Shown piece after piece: positions 46,431 to 62,087 of a DNA stretch of 64,000 nucleotides. The DNA comes from the human T2T-CHM13v2.0 reference genome, Homo sapiens: contig CP086569.2 in NCBI GenBank assembly GCA_009914755.4, positions 288,001 to 352,000 of the forward strand, in the 5' to 3' direction. Made by a program: the position numbers and the translations under genes. The notes under the pieces are model-generated. The model was not told the origin of the DNA. It worked only from the letters and a program-made list of their open reading frames with translations, and made no database searches. Numbering within the stretch: the first letter of the stretch is position 1; each line of letters opens with the position of its first letter.

Positions 46431-47637
46431 ATGCTCACCTCAACAGGCAGTATTCCTTGGACTCCTGGTCTGCAGACATCCTGGTTCCTCATTCCCTGAA
46501 ATTCTGCGTGGGACGTTTTTCCGCCTGGGCCTGAGTGACACTGGCTTTGACGTAGCTTCTAGGTGAAGATCAATGAAGGCCTCGGTGGGGCCCAATTTCT
46601 TGGTGGAAACTCATCCCGTTTCTGATAAAGGATGGCCCGGGAAGACCTAGAATACGGTGACACCACGTCCCTCTCCCCCGTGGGTCCCCGAACCTGCAGA
46701 TGACCACATTTTAGGAACCTTGTATCAGGAGCACGTCTTAATGTTATTACGTCTTTCTCAAAAACAAGATTTTGGATTCCTACGTGACACGGATCCTTCT
46801 AGGTCCGCCGGCAGCTATTTGACCAGGCTGTTATTTAAGAGAATGTAGATGATTCCCTAAACCTTCTAGCTCATAAAACGTGGATTGTTAAGATTGACTC
46901 CTTCAGGTAAAATTATTGGATTTCATATACCAACTGCTAAAAGGCACTATTCATAGTCTCAAACGGCTTGCGGGAAAAGCTGTTCTAATTTACGTTCCTG
47001 CCGGCAGAGCGAGAGGTCGCCCGGGACTTACGCTGTGATGAACATTGAGGTTCATTTTAAAAAGAAAATGAGGAATTCTGCAAATTTCATAGTTTCAAAA
47101 CGGCATCCATTGTTTTGACTTGGCATTTAAAGAAGACTTTTTAGTGGGGGACAATTCTTTTTCATGTTTACAAGCCATGTGTGTTTCTCTTTTGTAAATT
47201 ACTTGAGATGTTTGCTTATTTTTCCAGTGTTTACCAGTTCTTAGGGCCCTGAACTTCAGAGTCACACAGAACTGGGTTTGAATCCAAACACAACACGACA
47301 ATTTACTAGCTCCGTTTCTCCGGAGAAGTTAATTTATGCCTTTAATTTTCACTTTCTCCGTCTGTAGCAAATTGCCTAGAGTTTTTATGACATTTAAACC
47401 AGATAATATATGTACATTGAGTAGCACAGAATTTTAATGCACAGAAAGCATTCAATAAATAGCAATCATTCTTGTTGATTTGTAAGAGCTCTTTATATAT
47501 TAAGGACACAGGCTCTTTTATCATTGGCATATTTTATCAATATTTTTCAACTTCTTTTATGCTACTTGAAATTGTTTTTTAAACCTAAAGAGTTTTAAAA
47601 TTGAATGTAGTCAAATTGATCAGTCTTGTTCATATAA

Positions 47638-48360
<723 letters not shown>

Positions 48361-48370
48361 TGTACTTTTA

Positions 48371-48729
<359 letters not shown>

Positions 48730-48730
<1 letters not shown>

Positions 48731-49130
48731 AAACACAAAGAGAAAGAGAAGAAAGAGACAGGATGGAAGGAAGGAAGGAAGGAAGGAAGGAAGGAAGGAA
48801 AAAGAAGAAAGAAAGAAAGAAAGAAGAAAAGGAAGGAAGGAAAAAGAAAGAGACAGAGGGGAAGAAAGGAATGAAAGAAGAAAAAAGAAAGTAAGAGAAA
48901 GAAAAGAAAGAAAGAGGAAGAAAGGAAGGAAGGAAAAAAGAAAGAAAGAGACAGGAAGAAAGGAAGGAAAGAAGGAAAAAAGAAAGACAAGAAAAAGAAA
49001 CGAAGGGAAAGGAAGAAAGGAAGGAAGGAAGAAAGAAAAGAAAGACAAAGACAGAAAGGAAGAAAGGAAGGAAGGAAGGAAAAAGAAATGAAAGAAAAGA
49101 AAGAGAAAAGAGAGACAAAAAGGCTGTAAG
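48730..49130. repeat. GA-rich (GGAA)n/(GAAA)n/(AAAG)n purine tract of about 400 bp, an expanded Alu tail
   Basis: aaagagaaagagaagaaagagacaggatggaaggaaggaaggaaggaaggaaggaaggaaaaagaagaaagaaagaaagaaagaagaaaagg.... The 214-aa and 186-aa ORFs are repeat read-through. Confidence 0.93.
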
Positions 49131-49814
49131 AAAGGAAAAGCAATGATGCCTCATACTGGATTAAGTTACCCATGAAATCTAAGCTTGGTTCCTTAAGCCT
49201 CGCCTCTTTGAAGAGGAATCCAATTCTGAAATGAATGACACTTTTGGGGGGCCTCATGCCATGGGGAGCTTAGATTGTCTTTGAAACTGGCCTCTGAGTT
49301 GAAATTCCAGGTCCTACCCTTTCCTGCTCAGTCCTCAGACAATTTATAAAACTTGCCTAAACTCACATTTTTATCTGGTAATTTGTGACTTGCAGAATGA
49401 ACGCAAGAAAACAGAGACGACATTGTAAAGTAGCTGGCCATCGTATTTTTCTTGGAAGAGACAGTATCCTTAAATTAATGCTAATATTTTAAACACTGGC
49501 CCACTGATCATGAACACCCAATTCCTGGGTTCCTTGAAATATTTTTGGAAGGGGCGGCCAACCCGTGCCTTCATTCTTGCCCAACACCAGTGGGCTGGAT
49601 GGGATGTTCGCCGCAGTCTCCACTGCTCCCCGATGTCTCTCTCACATCAGGCCTGCCTTACTGACCTGACCTGCCTCCTCCTGCAAGCATTTGAGTCTGG
49701 AATTTTTTTGATGTGCAGAAACAATGCCTGTAAAACACCCAGTACAGGGGTGCTGAAGACATGTTCGTTCAACATGAGCTGAAGCATTCTTAGAGGCAGG
49801 TGCTGGTACACCCA

Positions 49815-50855
49815 CATGCACTGGAGACTCTGAGATGAGCATTGCAGACTCTGAGATGTGCACTGGAGATTCTGAATGGGCATTGGAGACTCTGAGATGG
49901 ACACTGGAGGCTCTGAGCTGTGCTTTGGAGATTCTGAGATGCGCATTGGAGACTCTGAGGTGTGCATTGGAGACTCTGAGATGGACACTGGAGGCTCTGA
50001 GCTGTGCTTTGGAGATTCTGAGATGTGCATTGGAGACTCTGAGCTGTGCTTTGGAGATTCTGAGATGTGCATTGGAGACTCTGAGATGGGCACTGGAGAC
50101 TAAGATGTGCATTGGAGACTCTGAGGTGTGCTTTGGAGACTCTGAGATGTGCTTTGGAGACTCTGAGATGTGCTTTGGAGACTCTGAGGTGTCCATTGGA
50201 GACTCTCAGATGTGCATTGGAGACTCTGAGATGGGCATTGGAGATTCTGAGCTGTGCTTTGGAGACTCTGAGATGGGCACTGGAGATTCTGAGATGTGCA
50301 TTGGAGACTCTGAGATGGGCACTGGAGACTAAGATGTGCATTGGAGACTCTGAGGTGTGCTTTGGAGACTCTGAGATGTGCTTTGGAGACTCTGAGGTGT
50401 CCATTGGAGACTCTCAGATGTGCATTGGAGACTCTGAGATGGGCATTGGAGATTCTGAGCTGTGCTTTGGAGACTCTGAGATGGGCACTGGAGACTCTGA
50501 GATGTGCATTGGAGACTCTGAGATGGGCACTGGAGACTCTGACGTGTGCTTTGGAGACTCTGAGATGGGCATTGGAGACCCTGAGGTGTGCATTGGAGAC
50601 TCTGACGTGGGCATTGGAGACTGAGATGGGCATTGGAGACTCTGAGATGTGCTTTGGAGATTCCGATATGTGCATTGGAGACCCTGAGGTGTGCACTGCA
50701 GACACTGAGGTGTGCATTGGACACTCTGACGTGGGCACTGGAGACTGAGATGGGTACGGGAGACTCTGAGGTGTGCATTGCAGACTCTGAGGTGTGCTTT
50801 AGAGACTGTGAGATGGGCACTGCAGAGGCTGAGGTGTGCTTTGGACACTCTGGTG
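49815..50855. repeat. 21-bp minisatellite, about 50 copies (gagactctgagatgtgcattg and variants)
   Basis: The unit is ggagactctgag(a/g/c)tg(t/g)gc(a/t)(t/c)t(g), with variants gagatg/gaggtg/gagctg/gacgtg and tgcattgg/tgctttgg/ggcactgg/ggcattgg/tccattgg. It is stop-free in all frames, giving (ETLRCAL)n on plus and (SESPKHI/LRVSNAH)n on minus, which accounts for all the 135-219 aa ORFs here. Confidence 0.97.
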
Positions 50856-51359
50856 TTCCAGTATGATGTGATTGCTTTTCAGAGCGGCAGACAGGATGTC
50901 CAGCTGGAGCCGGCCAGCAGCAGGACGCTGACTGTGCGTGAGTGATGCAGCCGCGATTGGTGTTGACGGCCGGCGCGGAACACTCCATCTACATGCAGGT
51001 GCTAAGTGAGCCCTGGGGAGAAGGTGACCTGAATACTTGCCAACTGTTCTTTAGAAATTTCTTTAAATGGAAAATATGATTTAGGCAATGTTAAAAAAAA
51101 AACAAAACCAGACAGAGTCCCAGGATATTAGCACATGGCTCAGAAGACCGGACGCAGAAGGAGGAAAAGTCATGCTCTTTGCCAAGCCCAGTGCTAACTA
51201 GACCTTAAACCTGGGCGAATGCACCCATAACGTGGGTGTCTCCACGCCTTCCGTGCAAACTGTGTGTATTTGACAGATGAATGGTTTGTCTCTGGGATGA
51301 TACTTTTCTGACAGTGCAGCCTGCAGATAACATCTAATGAGGGGAGAAGGATTATGTGA

Positions 51360-52027
<668 letters not shown>

Positions 52028-52394
52028 CGAGGTGTCTTATGAGTGGGCAGTGGACTGTGGCTCAGCTCTGGCCCACCTGAAGGTGAAGAGAGGTGGCTTT
52101 CTGGCCCTGGGATTAGTCCTGCCTTGTACAAATCTCCACCTCCGAAGGAAGGAAGAACAAGGGATTTATAGAGATGCCTTTGGGAGCTTCAGAAGAAAGA
52201 GGGTGTAATCTTGCTGGTTGATATAATTTTGGATGAAGGCACTGTCCTCCAAGCTAACAAACACACAGGACCAGAGAGAAGGACGGAGGAGATGGGGTTT
52301 CAGCGAGGGAGGTGGGAGAACAGGCCTGGCCTGTTGGGGGTAGAACGTAGAAGAAAAGGGCAATCTGAGAGATGAACAGGGGACGGTATTAAGT

Positions 52395-54195
52395 GCGTGC
52401 CCCCACACACATGCGCACATGTCCGGAAGGCAAGCACACACCCACCGTCATGAGCCCTCACGTGCAGGTGCATGCACGCATTCTTGCAAACCCCACACAT
52501 GCACACAAGCCCATATGCATATATGTGTACAGAAGGCAAGCACACATTCACAGTCATGAGCCCTCACGTGCAGGTGCATGCACGCATTCTTGCAAGCCCC
52601 ACACATGCACACAAGTGCATATGCATATACATGTACAGAAGGCAAGCACACACAGCCATGAGCCCTCACGTGCAGGTGCATGCATGCATTCTTGCAAACC
52701 CCACACATGCACACAAGCCCATATGCATATATGTGTACAGAAGTCAAGCACACACTGATAGTCATGAGCGCTCACATACAACTGCATGCATGCATTCATT
52801 CAAGCTCCCACATGCACAGATGCACACAAGTATCTCTGCACAGAGGTGTACAGAAGGCAAGCACACATTCAGTCATGAGCCCTCACGTGCAGGTGCATGC
52901 ACGCATTCTTGCAAACCCCACACATGCACACAAGCCCATATGCATATATGTGTACAGAAGGCAAGCACACACCCACAGCCATGAGCCCTCACGTGCAGGT
53001 GCATGCATGCATTCATTCAAGCCTCCACATGCACACAAGCCCATATGCATATATGTGTACAGAAGGCAAGCACACATTCACAGTCATGAGCCCTCACGTG
53101 CAGGTGCATGCACGCATTCTTGCAAGCCCCACACATGCACACAAGCCCATATGCATATATGTGTACAGAAGGCAAGCACACACTGATAGTCATGAGCGCT
53201 CACATACAACTGCATGCATGCATTCATTCAAGCCCCCACATGCACAGATGCACACAGGTATCTCTGCACAGAGGTGTACAGAAGGCAAGCACACATTCAC
53301 AGTCATGAGCCCTCACGTGCAGGTGCATGCACGCATTCTTGCAAACCCCACACATGCACACAAGCTCATATGCATATACGTGTACAGAAGGCAAGCACAC
53401 ACCCACAGCCATGAGCCCTCACGTGCAGGTGCATGCATGCATTCTTGCAAACCTCACACATGCACCCAAGCCCATATGCATATATGTGTACAGAAGGCAA
53501 GCACACATTCACAGTCATGAGCCCTCATGTGCAGGTGCATGCACGCATTCTTGCAAGCCTCACACATGCACACAAGCACATATGCATATACGTGTACAGA
53601 AGGCAAGCACACATTCACAGTCATGAGCCCTCACATGCAGGCGCATGCACGCATTCTTGCAAGCCCCACACATGCACACAAGCACATATGCATATACATG
53701 TACAGAAGGCAAGCACACACAGCCATGAGCCCTCACGTGCAGGTGCATGCATGCATTCTTGCAAACCCCACACATGCACACAAGCCCATATGCATATATT
53801 TGTACAGAAGTCAAGCACACACTGATAGTCATGAGCGCTCACATACAACTGCATGCATGCATTCATTCAAGCTCCCACATGCACAGATGCACACAAGTAT
53901 CTCTGCACAGAGGTGTACAGAAGGCAAGCACACATTCAGTCATGAGCCCTCACGTGCAGGTGCATGCACGCATTCTTGCAAACCCCACACATGCACACAA
54001 GCCCATATGCATATATGTGTACAGAAGGCAAGCACACATTCACAGTCATGAGCCCTCACGTGCAGGTGCATGCACGCATTCTTGCAAGCCTCACACATGC
54101 ACACAAGCCCATATGCATATACGTGTACAGAAGGCAAGCACACACAGCCATGAGCCCTCACATGCAAATGCACATGCACATACACGCACAATGCA
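52395..54195. repeat. Minisatellite of about 106-110 bp, about 17 copies, with higher-order structure (variant units recur every 4-5 copies)
   Basis: The common unit is agccctcacgtgcaggtgcatgca(c/t)gcattcttgcaa(a/g)cc(c/t)cacacatgcacacaag(c/t)(c/g)catatgcatata(t/c)(g/a)tgtacagaaggcaagcacaca(ttcacagtc)atg. A longer variant, agcgctcacatacaactgcatgcatgcattcattcaagctcccacatgcacagatgcacacaagtatctctgcacagaggtgtacagaaggcaagcacacattcagtcatg, recurs at about 52763, about 53193 and about 53832. Identical ORF peptides in the track at 52472/52680/52897/53108/53327/53433/53747/53964 reflect this. Confidence 0.95.
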
Positions 54196-54199
54196 AAGC

Positions 54200-54845
<646 letters not shown>

Positions 54846-55752
54846 GACGCGCTGGGCAAGGGGAAGTTGTTAGAAGCCCTGAGTCCCACACATGAGGGTC
54901 CTGACAACTTTTCTTCGTGATTCCGTATTTTAAAAGTAAATCTCCTTTCTGGGAACTTTTAATACCATTTTGGTTACGCGTCTAATCCACCTGCTCCTTA
55001 ACCAGAAATGGTAATCACGTGGAAATCACTGCCAAACTATGATGTCCAATTAAAATTCAGGTTATTTTGTGGGAGGCAAACGCACCCCCCAGCCTCTCTC
55101 TTTTTAAACCGTCATCTTACAAATCCTCTGATAGAAAGTTCGGGCTGTTTTGAGGGAGAGCTCGTCATCAAGAGCCATCTGGCTTCCTCAGTCATGACAG
55201 ATTAAAATAGGATACAGTATGAAAGCTTTGCCACCCCTCCAGGGGCGAAAGAAGTCACTGGGGGAAAGAGGTAATTAAAAGATCCCCTTGCAGAGACGGG
55301 CTCTGAGAGGGACCCTGGCACTCACCAACGGCAAAAAACTCATTTTCCAGAAGAGAGCAGGCCCCGGCCGGCCGGACATCGATGGCCTCGGAGCCACTCT
55401 GTCTCCTTTGGGGATGAAGGTGGGCTGGCTCTCGTAACCCCTTAGCTTTGTCTGGCCAGCACCCTTGGCTTTGTCTGGCCAGCACCCTTCTCTCCGTCTG
55501 GCCAGCACCCTTCTCTCCTCCTGTCCATGGCCATCAAGCGGCCAGGACTTGATAGCCGTGGAAATTGCACCTGATGAAATGGACGTAATGAGTGTCATGA
55601 AGAAACAGGATTGTTTCTCCCCAAAACAGGAGGTCGCAAGGATGTCTCGATTTTCAAAGCCTGCAAGGAAAAAAGGTGACATTCCCCGTCGTGGGACATC
55701 CCCTCGCAAGGAGCCGACTCATGATTCCCACCTAGATAGTAAATACCACTCA

Positions 55753-56102
<350 letters not shown>

Positions 56103-56327
56103 TTACCGCTCCGTAACTGACACGAACGATGCCGGAGAGCTGGGAGCTGGGAGCTGGGTGCCCAGCCTTGGAGGCGTGCTCCAAACCACACCTCCCTTTT
56201 GAGCTTGGCTGGTATGTAAACGATTGGAAGGATAGTTAATCAAGCAATTCCTCCATCTCACCTAAGTGAACCCAGAGATATTTATTTTCTCTCTCTATAA
56301 AGGTGTTCACTCCCCAACTGTTTTTTT

Positions 56328-56460
56328 TTCTTAAAATGCAGATGGGATCTTGCTACGTGGCACAGGCTGGTCTCAAACTCCTGGGCTTAAGAGATCATCT
56401 CACCTTGGCCTCCCAAGTAGCTGGAACTGCAGGGGCACGCCACCACACCTGGCTAATATG
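56328..56460 (-). mobile_element. Alu left-arm fragment, minus (old)
   Basis: gatgggatcttgctacgtggcacaggctggtctcaaactcctgggcttaagagatcatctcaccttggcctcccaagtagctggaactgcaggggcacgccaccacacctggctaat. Confidence 0.8.
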
Positions 56461-56932
56461 TATATATTTTATATATTACATACATATTATATATGACACA
56501 TATTATATATACTACAGATATATATGTTATATTACATACATAATATACCATATACATTATATTGCATATATAATATACATTATACTACACATAATATGTA
56601 ATATATTACATATATAAAATATAAAATATATAATGTACACATACATAACTTACATATCACATATATAACACATATATAACACATATATAATATGCAATAT
56701 AATATACATGTAATATCTAATATATGTAATATATGCAATAATTATATACATGTAATATATGCAATATATATTTTCATATTATATTTTTATATATAAACCT
56801 ATATTTATAATATATATAAACCTATATTTATATATAATATATAAACCTATATTTATATTAATATATAAACATATTTATATATATTTTTATATTATATATA
56901 AACCTACAAATATATATTTATATATATATATT

Positions 56933-56940
<8 letters not shown>
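56460..56940. repeat. AT-rich low-complexity minisatellite ((TATATA)n / atataatatacat / aacctatatttata motifs)
   Basis: atgtatatattttatatattacatacatattatatatgacacatattatatatactacagatatatatgttatattacatacataatatacc...ataaacctatatttatatataatatataaacctatatttatattaatatataaacatatttatatat. Confidence 0.9.
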
Positions 56941-57721
<781 letters not shown>

Positions 57722-58599
57722 TGAGCTGCTGTCTGGGGCTGTCAAAGCCACGTTGCTCACCTGACCAGGTAAGTCTTGGCTTGGACTGTTTCCCAGGACA
57801 AATAACAGGTGTTTTCTCCCATTCCCTGCCCTGAGACATGGGAGTGTCTTTGCTGGAATTATAGCAACTGTGAGCCTCTTCCTGGCCGTCCTGTCGCCTT
57901 GGAGTCTTAAGGGAAGGCGCACACGTTATCACAAAGCATATGCATTTGCCCCTGGGCCCCAGAGGTGCTGGATTATGGGGGTACAGGGAAAAGTCTGTCC
58001 ACACCCCAGTCTTCTGGGATCCATAGGCCAGGGAGAAATCCTCCTTCTGTCTCCGAGAGTCTGACAGAGACAGCATGTCATTATCTTAACAGCTGTAAAT
58101 CCCAATTATTTCTGAGGCAGAAAATGCACTCTAAAATATGCATGCTTATTTAAAAAAAGAGAAAGAAAAAAAAAACCCTCAAAGATTGCAGTCGTGTTGC
58201 TATAATTTAGAGCCCTAAACCTCAGAACCTCCGGATGAGTCTTCGGCTTGATATTGTGAGACCGGCTCTTTCAATCTTGGAGGGATATCTCAGCAAATGC
58301 TCCTCTTCCCGTTCTCTGCAAGTGGGGGGAAACCGCGGCTGACCCACGGGGTGACACGCAGCTGAATCATTCCAAAGGGAACCGGGGGCCGGATTGATCT
58401 GCGTTGGTCGCTAACGAAGGCTCGTAGGCAAAGCTCAGCGAAGTGGGCTCGGCGGACACAGGGTGGGCTCGGGGCCCCGGGGCCGGGCCTGCTGGTGGAG
58501 GCTGGGGATGTCTTTTTGATTTTGTCGTTAGGAAGCCGTACCGTAGTCTCTCCGAGGCGTTGGGTGAAATTCACAGATTTCATCTTCCGTGAACTGTGG

Positions 58600-58626
58600 C
58601 TCACTTTTTGATATATATATATATAT
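58600..58626. repeat. (TA)n microsatellite
   Basis: gatatatatatatatatatttttt. Confidence 0.9.
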
Positions 58627-58934
58627 TTTTTCCCCGATTGCTTGATGTCACCCTGTGCTTTTTCCATAAGACAAATGCAAATGAGCCAGGCATTCTAACG
58701 AGGCGAGCCCTCGGAGGTGACCTCTTTCTGGGGAAGCTCCGGTCTGCAAAACCACGATGAGAGAGGAAAACGTTTTTTTTTTTTTGCAGAGAAAACTCAG
58801 GCCTGCTGTTTAATCAGGGCCTTTGCTGCGGCCGCTGCTCCTGCAGACACAGAGGCGTTAATGAGGCAAGACTAGTCCCCATGTCCCCACGTTGGAGGCC
58901 TGGGATGAGGATCCCTTCTCTGTCCCCCATGTCT

Positions 58935-60762
58935 GCATCCCAGGACGCAGGTGGATCCGAGTCTGCTGCATAGACGGCCATTAGGTCCCAGGATGGAGCT
59001 GGATTCGAGCCTGCTGTGTAGACGGCCATTAGGTCCCAGTCCCAGGATGGAGCTGGATTCAAGCCTGCTATGTAGATGGCTATTAGGTCCCAGGATGCAG
59101 GTGGATCTGAGTCTGCTGCATAGAAGGCCATTAGGTCCCAGGATGGAGCTGGATTCGAGCCTGCTGTGTAGACAGCCATTAGGTCCCGGGATGCAGCTAC
59201 ATCTGAGCCTGCTGCATAGATGGCCATTAGGTCCTGGGATGGAGCTGCATTGGACCCTGCTGTGTAGACAGCCATTAGGTCCCAGGATGCAGCTACATCT
59301 GAGCCTGCTGCATAGATGGCCATTAGGTCCTGGGATGGAGCTGCATTGGACCCTGCTGTGTAGACAGCCATTAGGTCCCAGGATGCAGCTACATCTGAGC
59401 CTGCTGCATAGATGGCCATTAGGTCCTGGGACGGAGCTGCATTGGACCCTGCTGTGTAGAGAGCCATTAGGTCCTGGGATGTAGCTGCATCCGAGTCTGC
59501 TGTGTAGACGGCCATTAGGTCCCAGTCCCAGGATGGAGCTGGAGTTGAGCCTGCTATGTAGATGGCTATTAGGTCCCAGGACGCAGGTGGATCCGAGTCT
59601 GCTGCATAGATGGCCATTAGGTCCCAGGATGGAGCTGGATTCGAGCCTGCTGTGTAGACGGCCATTAGGTCCCAGTCCCAGGATGGAGCTGGAGTGGAGC
59701 CTGCTATGTAGATGGCTATTAGGTCCCAGGACGCAGGTGGATCCGAGTCTGCTGCATAGATGGCCATTAGGTCCCAGGATGGAGCTGGATTCGAGCCTGC
59801 TATGTAGATGGCTATTAGGTCTCGGGATGCAGCTACATCTGAGCCTGCTGCATAGATGGCCATTAAGTCCTGGGACGGAGCTGCATTGGACCCTGCTGTG
59901 TAGACAGCCATTAGGTCCTGGGATGCAGCTGCATCTGAGCCTGCTGCATAGATGGCCATTAGGTCCTGGGACAGAGCTGCATTGGACCCTGCTGTGTAGA
60001 CAGCCATTAGGTCCCAGGATGTAGCTGCATCCGAGTCTGCTGCATAGATGGCCATTAGGTCCCAGTCCCAGGATGGAGCTGGATTCGAGCCTGCTGTGTA
60101 GACGGCCATTAGGTCCCAGTCCCAGGATGGAGCTGGAGTCGAGCCTGCTGTGTAGACGGCCATTAGGTCCCAGTCCCAGGATGGAGCTGGATTCGAGCCT
60201 GCTATGTAGATGGCTATTAGGTCCCGGGATGCAGCTACATCTGAGCCTGCTGCATAGACGGCCATTAAGTCCTGGGACAGAGCTGCATTGGACCCTGCTG
60301 TGTAGACAGCCATTAGGTCCCAGGATGTAGCTGCATCCGAGTCTGCTGCATAGATGGCCATTAGGTCCCAGTCCCAGGATGGAGCTGGATTCGAGCCTGC
60401 TGTGTAGACGGCCATTAGGTCCCAGTCCCAGGATGGAGGTGGAGTCGAGCCTGCTGTGTAGACGGCCATTAGGTCCCAGTCCCAGGATGGAGCTGGATTC
60501 GAGCCTGCTATGTAGATGGCTATTAGGTCCCGGGATGCAGCTACATCTGAGCCTGCTGCATAGACGGCCATTAAGTCCTGGGACGGAGCTGCATTGGACC
60601 CTGCTGTGTAGACAGCTATTAGGTCCCGGGATGCAGCTACATCTGAGCCTGCTGCATGGACGGCCATTAGGTCCTGGGACGGAGCTGCATTGGACCCTGC
60701 TGTGTAGACAGCCATTAGGTCCCGGGATGTAGCTGCATCCGAGCCTGCTGTGTAGACAGCCA
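58935..60762. repeat. 48/54-bp minisatellite, about 36 copies (ggccattaggtcccaggatggagctggattcgagcctgctgtgtagac, with or without agtccc)
   Basis: Very regular repetition. Variants at the sub-motifs are gatg(c/g)ag(c/g)t(g/a)(g/c)at(t/c)(c/t)ga(g/c)(c/t)ctgctg(c/t)(a/g)tagac(g/a)gc(c/t)attaggtcc(c/t)(a/g)gg, with optional (agtccc) after ggtccc. It is stop-free on both strands, giving the 669-aa and 646-aa minus ORFs ((DLMAVYTAGSNAAPSQ)n and (LGPNGRLHSRLESSSI)n) and the plus ORFs ((LLCRRPLGPRMELDSS)n). Confidence 0.97.
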
Positions 60763-61547
60763 AAATAAATAACAAAACTGTGTTGGCAGGCGGTGAGCGA
60801 CAGACGAACCACTGGGCTCTCATCCCGGCCGGCCCTTTGAGTTGTTTAAGTTCCTCTTGTACTTGAATTGTTTCCCCAGAACGAGGTGGATCAAAGTGTC
60901 ATACAGTAACAGCCCAGACAGACGATAGGTATGGCAGAAAAGAAAAAAACTAAAAAAAAAAAAAAAAAAATCGCATGGGAAGTTTCCCCGCCTCCTCTTT
61001 GGCCATTCTGTGCCCGGAGATCAAAGTTCTCATTTCAGCTCTAATTAAGAAAAACTAACACAGAGCCAAGGCCTTCTGGCTCCGAAGAGGGCCTTTGGTG
61101 GATCACTGCTGAAATCTTCCCGAGATTTAAATAATTAATATGACACCTTGAGCTCTGCACGGAGAAATTAAAAAAAAAAAAAACAAAAAAGGGAAAGGGA
61201 AAGGGGAGGAAGGGGGCCCCGTGTCGGAGCGGGGAACAATGGGATTGAGGATATGGCAGAGCATTTGTACCCCTGGATGCGTGCAGCCCTCCTTTGTCAT
61301 GCTAAAGGGGAACCTTTATTTTCTGTGGTCACCCCGGGTGCTCAGAGCCTCTAGGAGGATCCTTTCGGAAAGCAAGTCTGCTGTGGGGAGTTGGAGGACG
61401 CTCATTTAATGCTTTTTAATCCTGTTAATCCCAGGCAGAATGGCCATCCCCAGCGCAAATCCGGTCCCCAAAGCCCTCCCCGGCTTGCCAGAGCCAGGCT
61501 CCCTCCCAGACGCTCCCGGGAAGCATCTCTTCTGCGAGCCGGCCTGT

Positions 61548-61692
61548 CTCTGTGCTGTGTTCCCGGAGCCATCTGAGCCAGCACAGGCGACGAGAAATTA
61601 AAATCAGGCCTGGCATTGTGCTACGTCTCTGTGCTGGGTTCCCGGAGCCATCGTGAGCCAGCAGAGGCGACAAGCAATTAAAATCAGCTGCA
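61548..61692. repeat. Tandem duplication, about 58 bp x2, separated by a 21-bp spacer
   Basis: ctgtgctgtgttcccggagccatctgagccagcacaggcgacgagaaattaaaatcag | gcctggcattgtgctacgtct | ctgtgctgggttcccggagccatcgtgagccagcagaggcgacaagcaattaaaatcag. Confidence 0.88.
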
Positions 61693-62087
61693 AATCCTAC
61701 GGCCGGAGCGTCCGGGGAGTGCAGGACGGGACCAGCCAGGCCTCGAACCCCCGTCCCTCTCGATGGGGTCGAGTCTGAAGATTCCTCCTCCTGCCCAGGA
61801 CTGTTCAGATCCTCGGTGGAGTGTGGACACGGATTAGTCGTCCACTGCTGCAGACGAGATCAGAGCCAAGCCTCGGTATTCAGTTCGTTACAACTTCATA
61901 AAGCCAGGTCGCTCCCCCTCTGCCTCTGTACGCAGGAAGAAAATCGATCGGTCTAATTTCATAGCTCAGCATAAAACTCGACGGAACCTTTGCAAAGGCA
62001 ATGATAAAAAAGATCCCGGAAAAAGCCGACAGTCTCCACGGCATGACGGCGCGGCCGCAGCTGAATAAACTCGGGGTGGGCGGCCAA

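Noticed and set aside
49815-50855. Regularly spaced short direct repeats that could be read as a CRISPR-like array
   Set aside because: There are no unique spacers; the units abut directly as a pure tandem minisatellite. The surrounding sequence (Alu, L1) shows this is primate DNA, where CRISPR does not occur.
49642-50988. Overlapping ORFs of 135-219 aa on both strands with heptad periodicity (ETLRCAL / LRVSNAH), superficially coiled-coil-like
   Set aside because: They are a product of the 21-bp (3x7) stop-free minisatellite, and the same DNA is open in at least four frames. I found no initiation or splice context.
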